Origin: an uncultured Candidatus Cloacimonadota bacterium
GTDB taxonomy: Bacteria; Cloacimonadota; Cloacimonadia; Cloacimonadales; CAYQPF01
NCBI GenBank assembly: GCA_964419225.1
Contig: CAYQPF010000035.1
Coordinates: forward strand, 1-36,014
Reading direction: 5' to 3'
Length of the DNA stretch: 36,014 bases
The position numbers were made by a program, and so were the translations under genes. The notes under the pieces are model-generated. The model saw nothing but the letters and a program-made list of their open reading frames with translations. It did not search any database and was not told the DNA's origin. This document shows, one piece after another, positions 35,951 through 36,014 of the stretch (the stretch's first letter is position 1; each line of letters opens with the position of its first letter).

Positions 35951-36014
35951 ACTGGGTCAAAGATCGTGAAGAATGAAGGTTTGCAATCGAACGAGGTTAT
36001 ATAATAAATATATG

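Overview
This is an AT-rich bacterial chromosomal segment of roughly 35-40% GC, judged by eye. Genes are tightly packed, and several gene junctions overlap by 4 nt with ATGA shared between a TGA stop and the next ATG, so the standard genetic code with TGA as stop applies. The left 11 kb holds housekeeping and signalling genes. These are a PEGA/FGE-sulfatase-domain protein, an orphan histidine kinase, a thioesterase, a TauE/SafE exporter, a secreted serpin, and a VOC-recO-DHH/CBS/CCA-nucleotidyltransferase operon. A giant adenylate-cyclase/AAA/TPR STAND-type signalling protein follows. Positions 15.2-30.4 kb form one about 15 kb run of 14 minus-strand genes that are overlapping or tightly spaced and therefore look co-transcribed. 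It carries UDP-sugar enzymes (wecB, Gfo/Idh/MocA dehydrogenase), an archaeal-type ether-lipid trio (polyprenyl synthase, UbiA-family DGGGP-synthase-like, PcrB/GGGP-synthase-like), a CpsB-type PHP phosphatase, an NAD-epimerase, a methyltransferase interrupted by an in-frame TGA, a DUF362/4Fe-4S protein, a flippase-like membrane protein, and a MoxR AAA+ ATPase followed by three secreted proteins, one of them vWA. That lipid and gene content is reminiscent of FCB-superphylum/Cloacimonadota-like anaerobes (inference only). A flotillin-like SPFH protein with five internal ~75-aa repeats follows. The last about 3 kb looks like a lower-GC accessory or decayed island. It has a 540-bp ORF-free stretch, a T4-type (GH24) lysozyme gene broken by a single in-frame TGA, a fragment of an FGE-domain gene, and an intracellular trypsin-like protease with an uncharacterised N-terminal domain. 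No rRNA, tRNA or CRISPR array was found.
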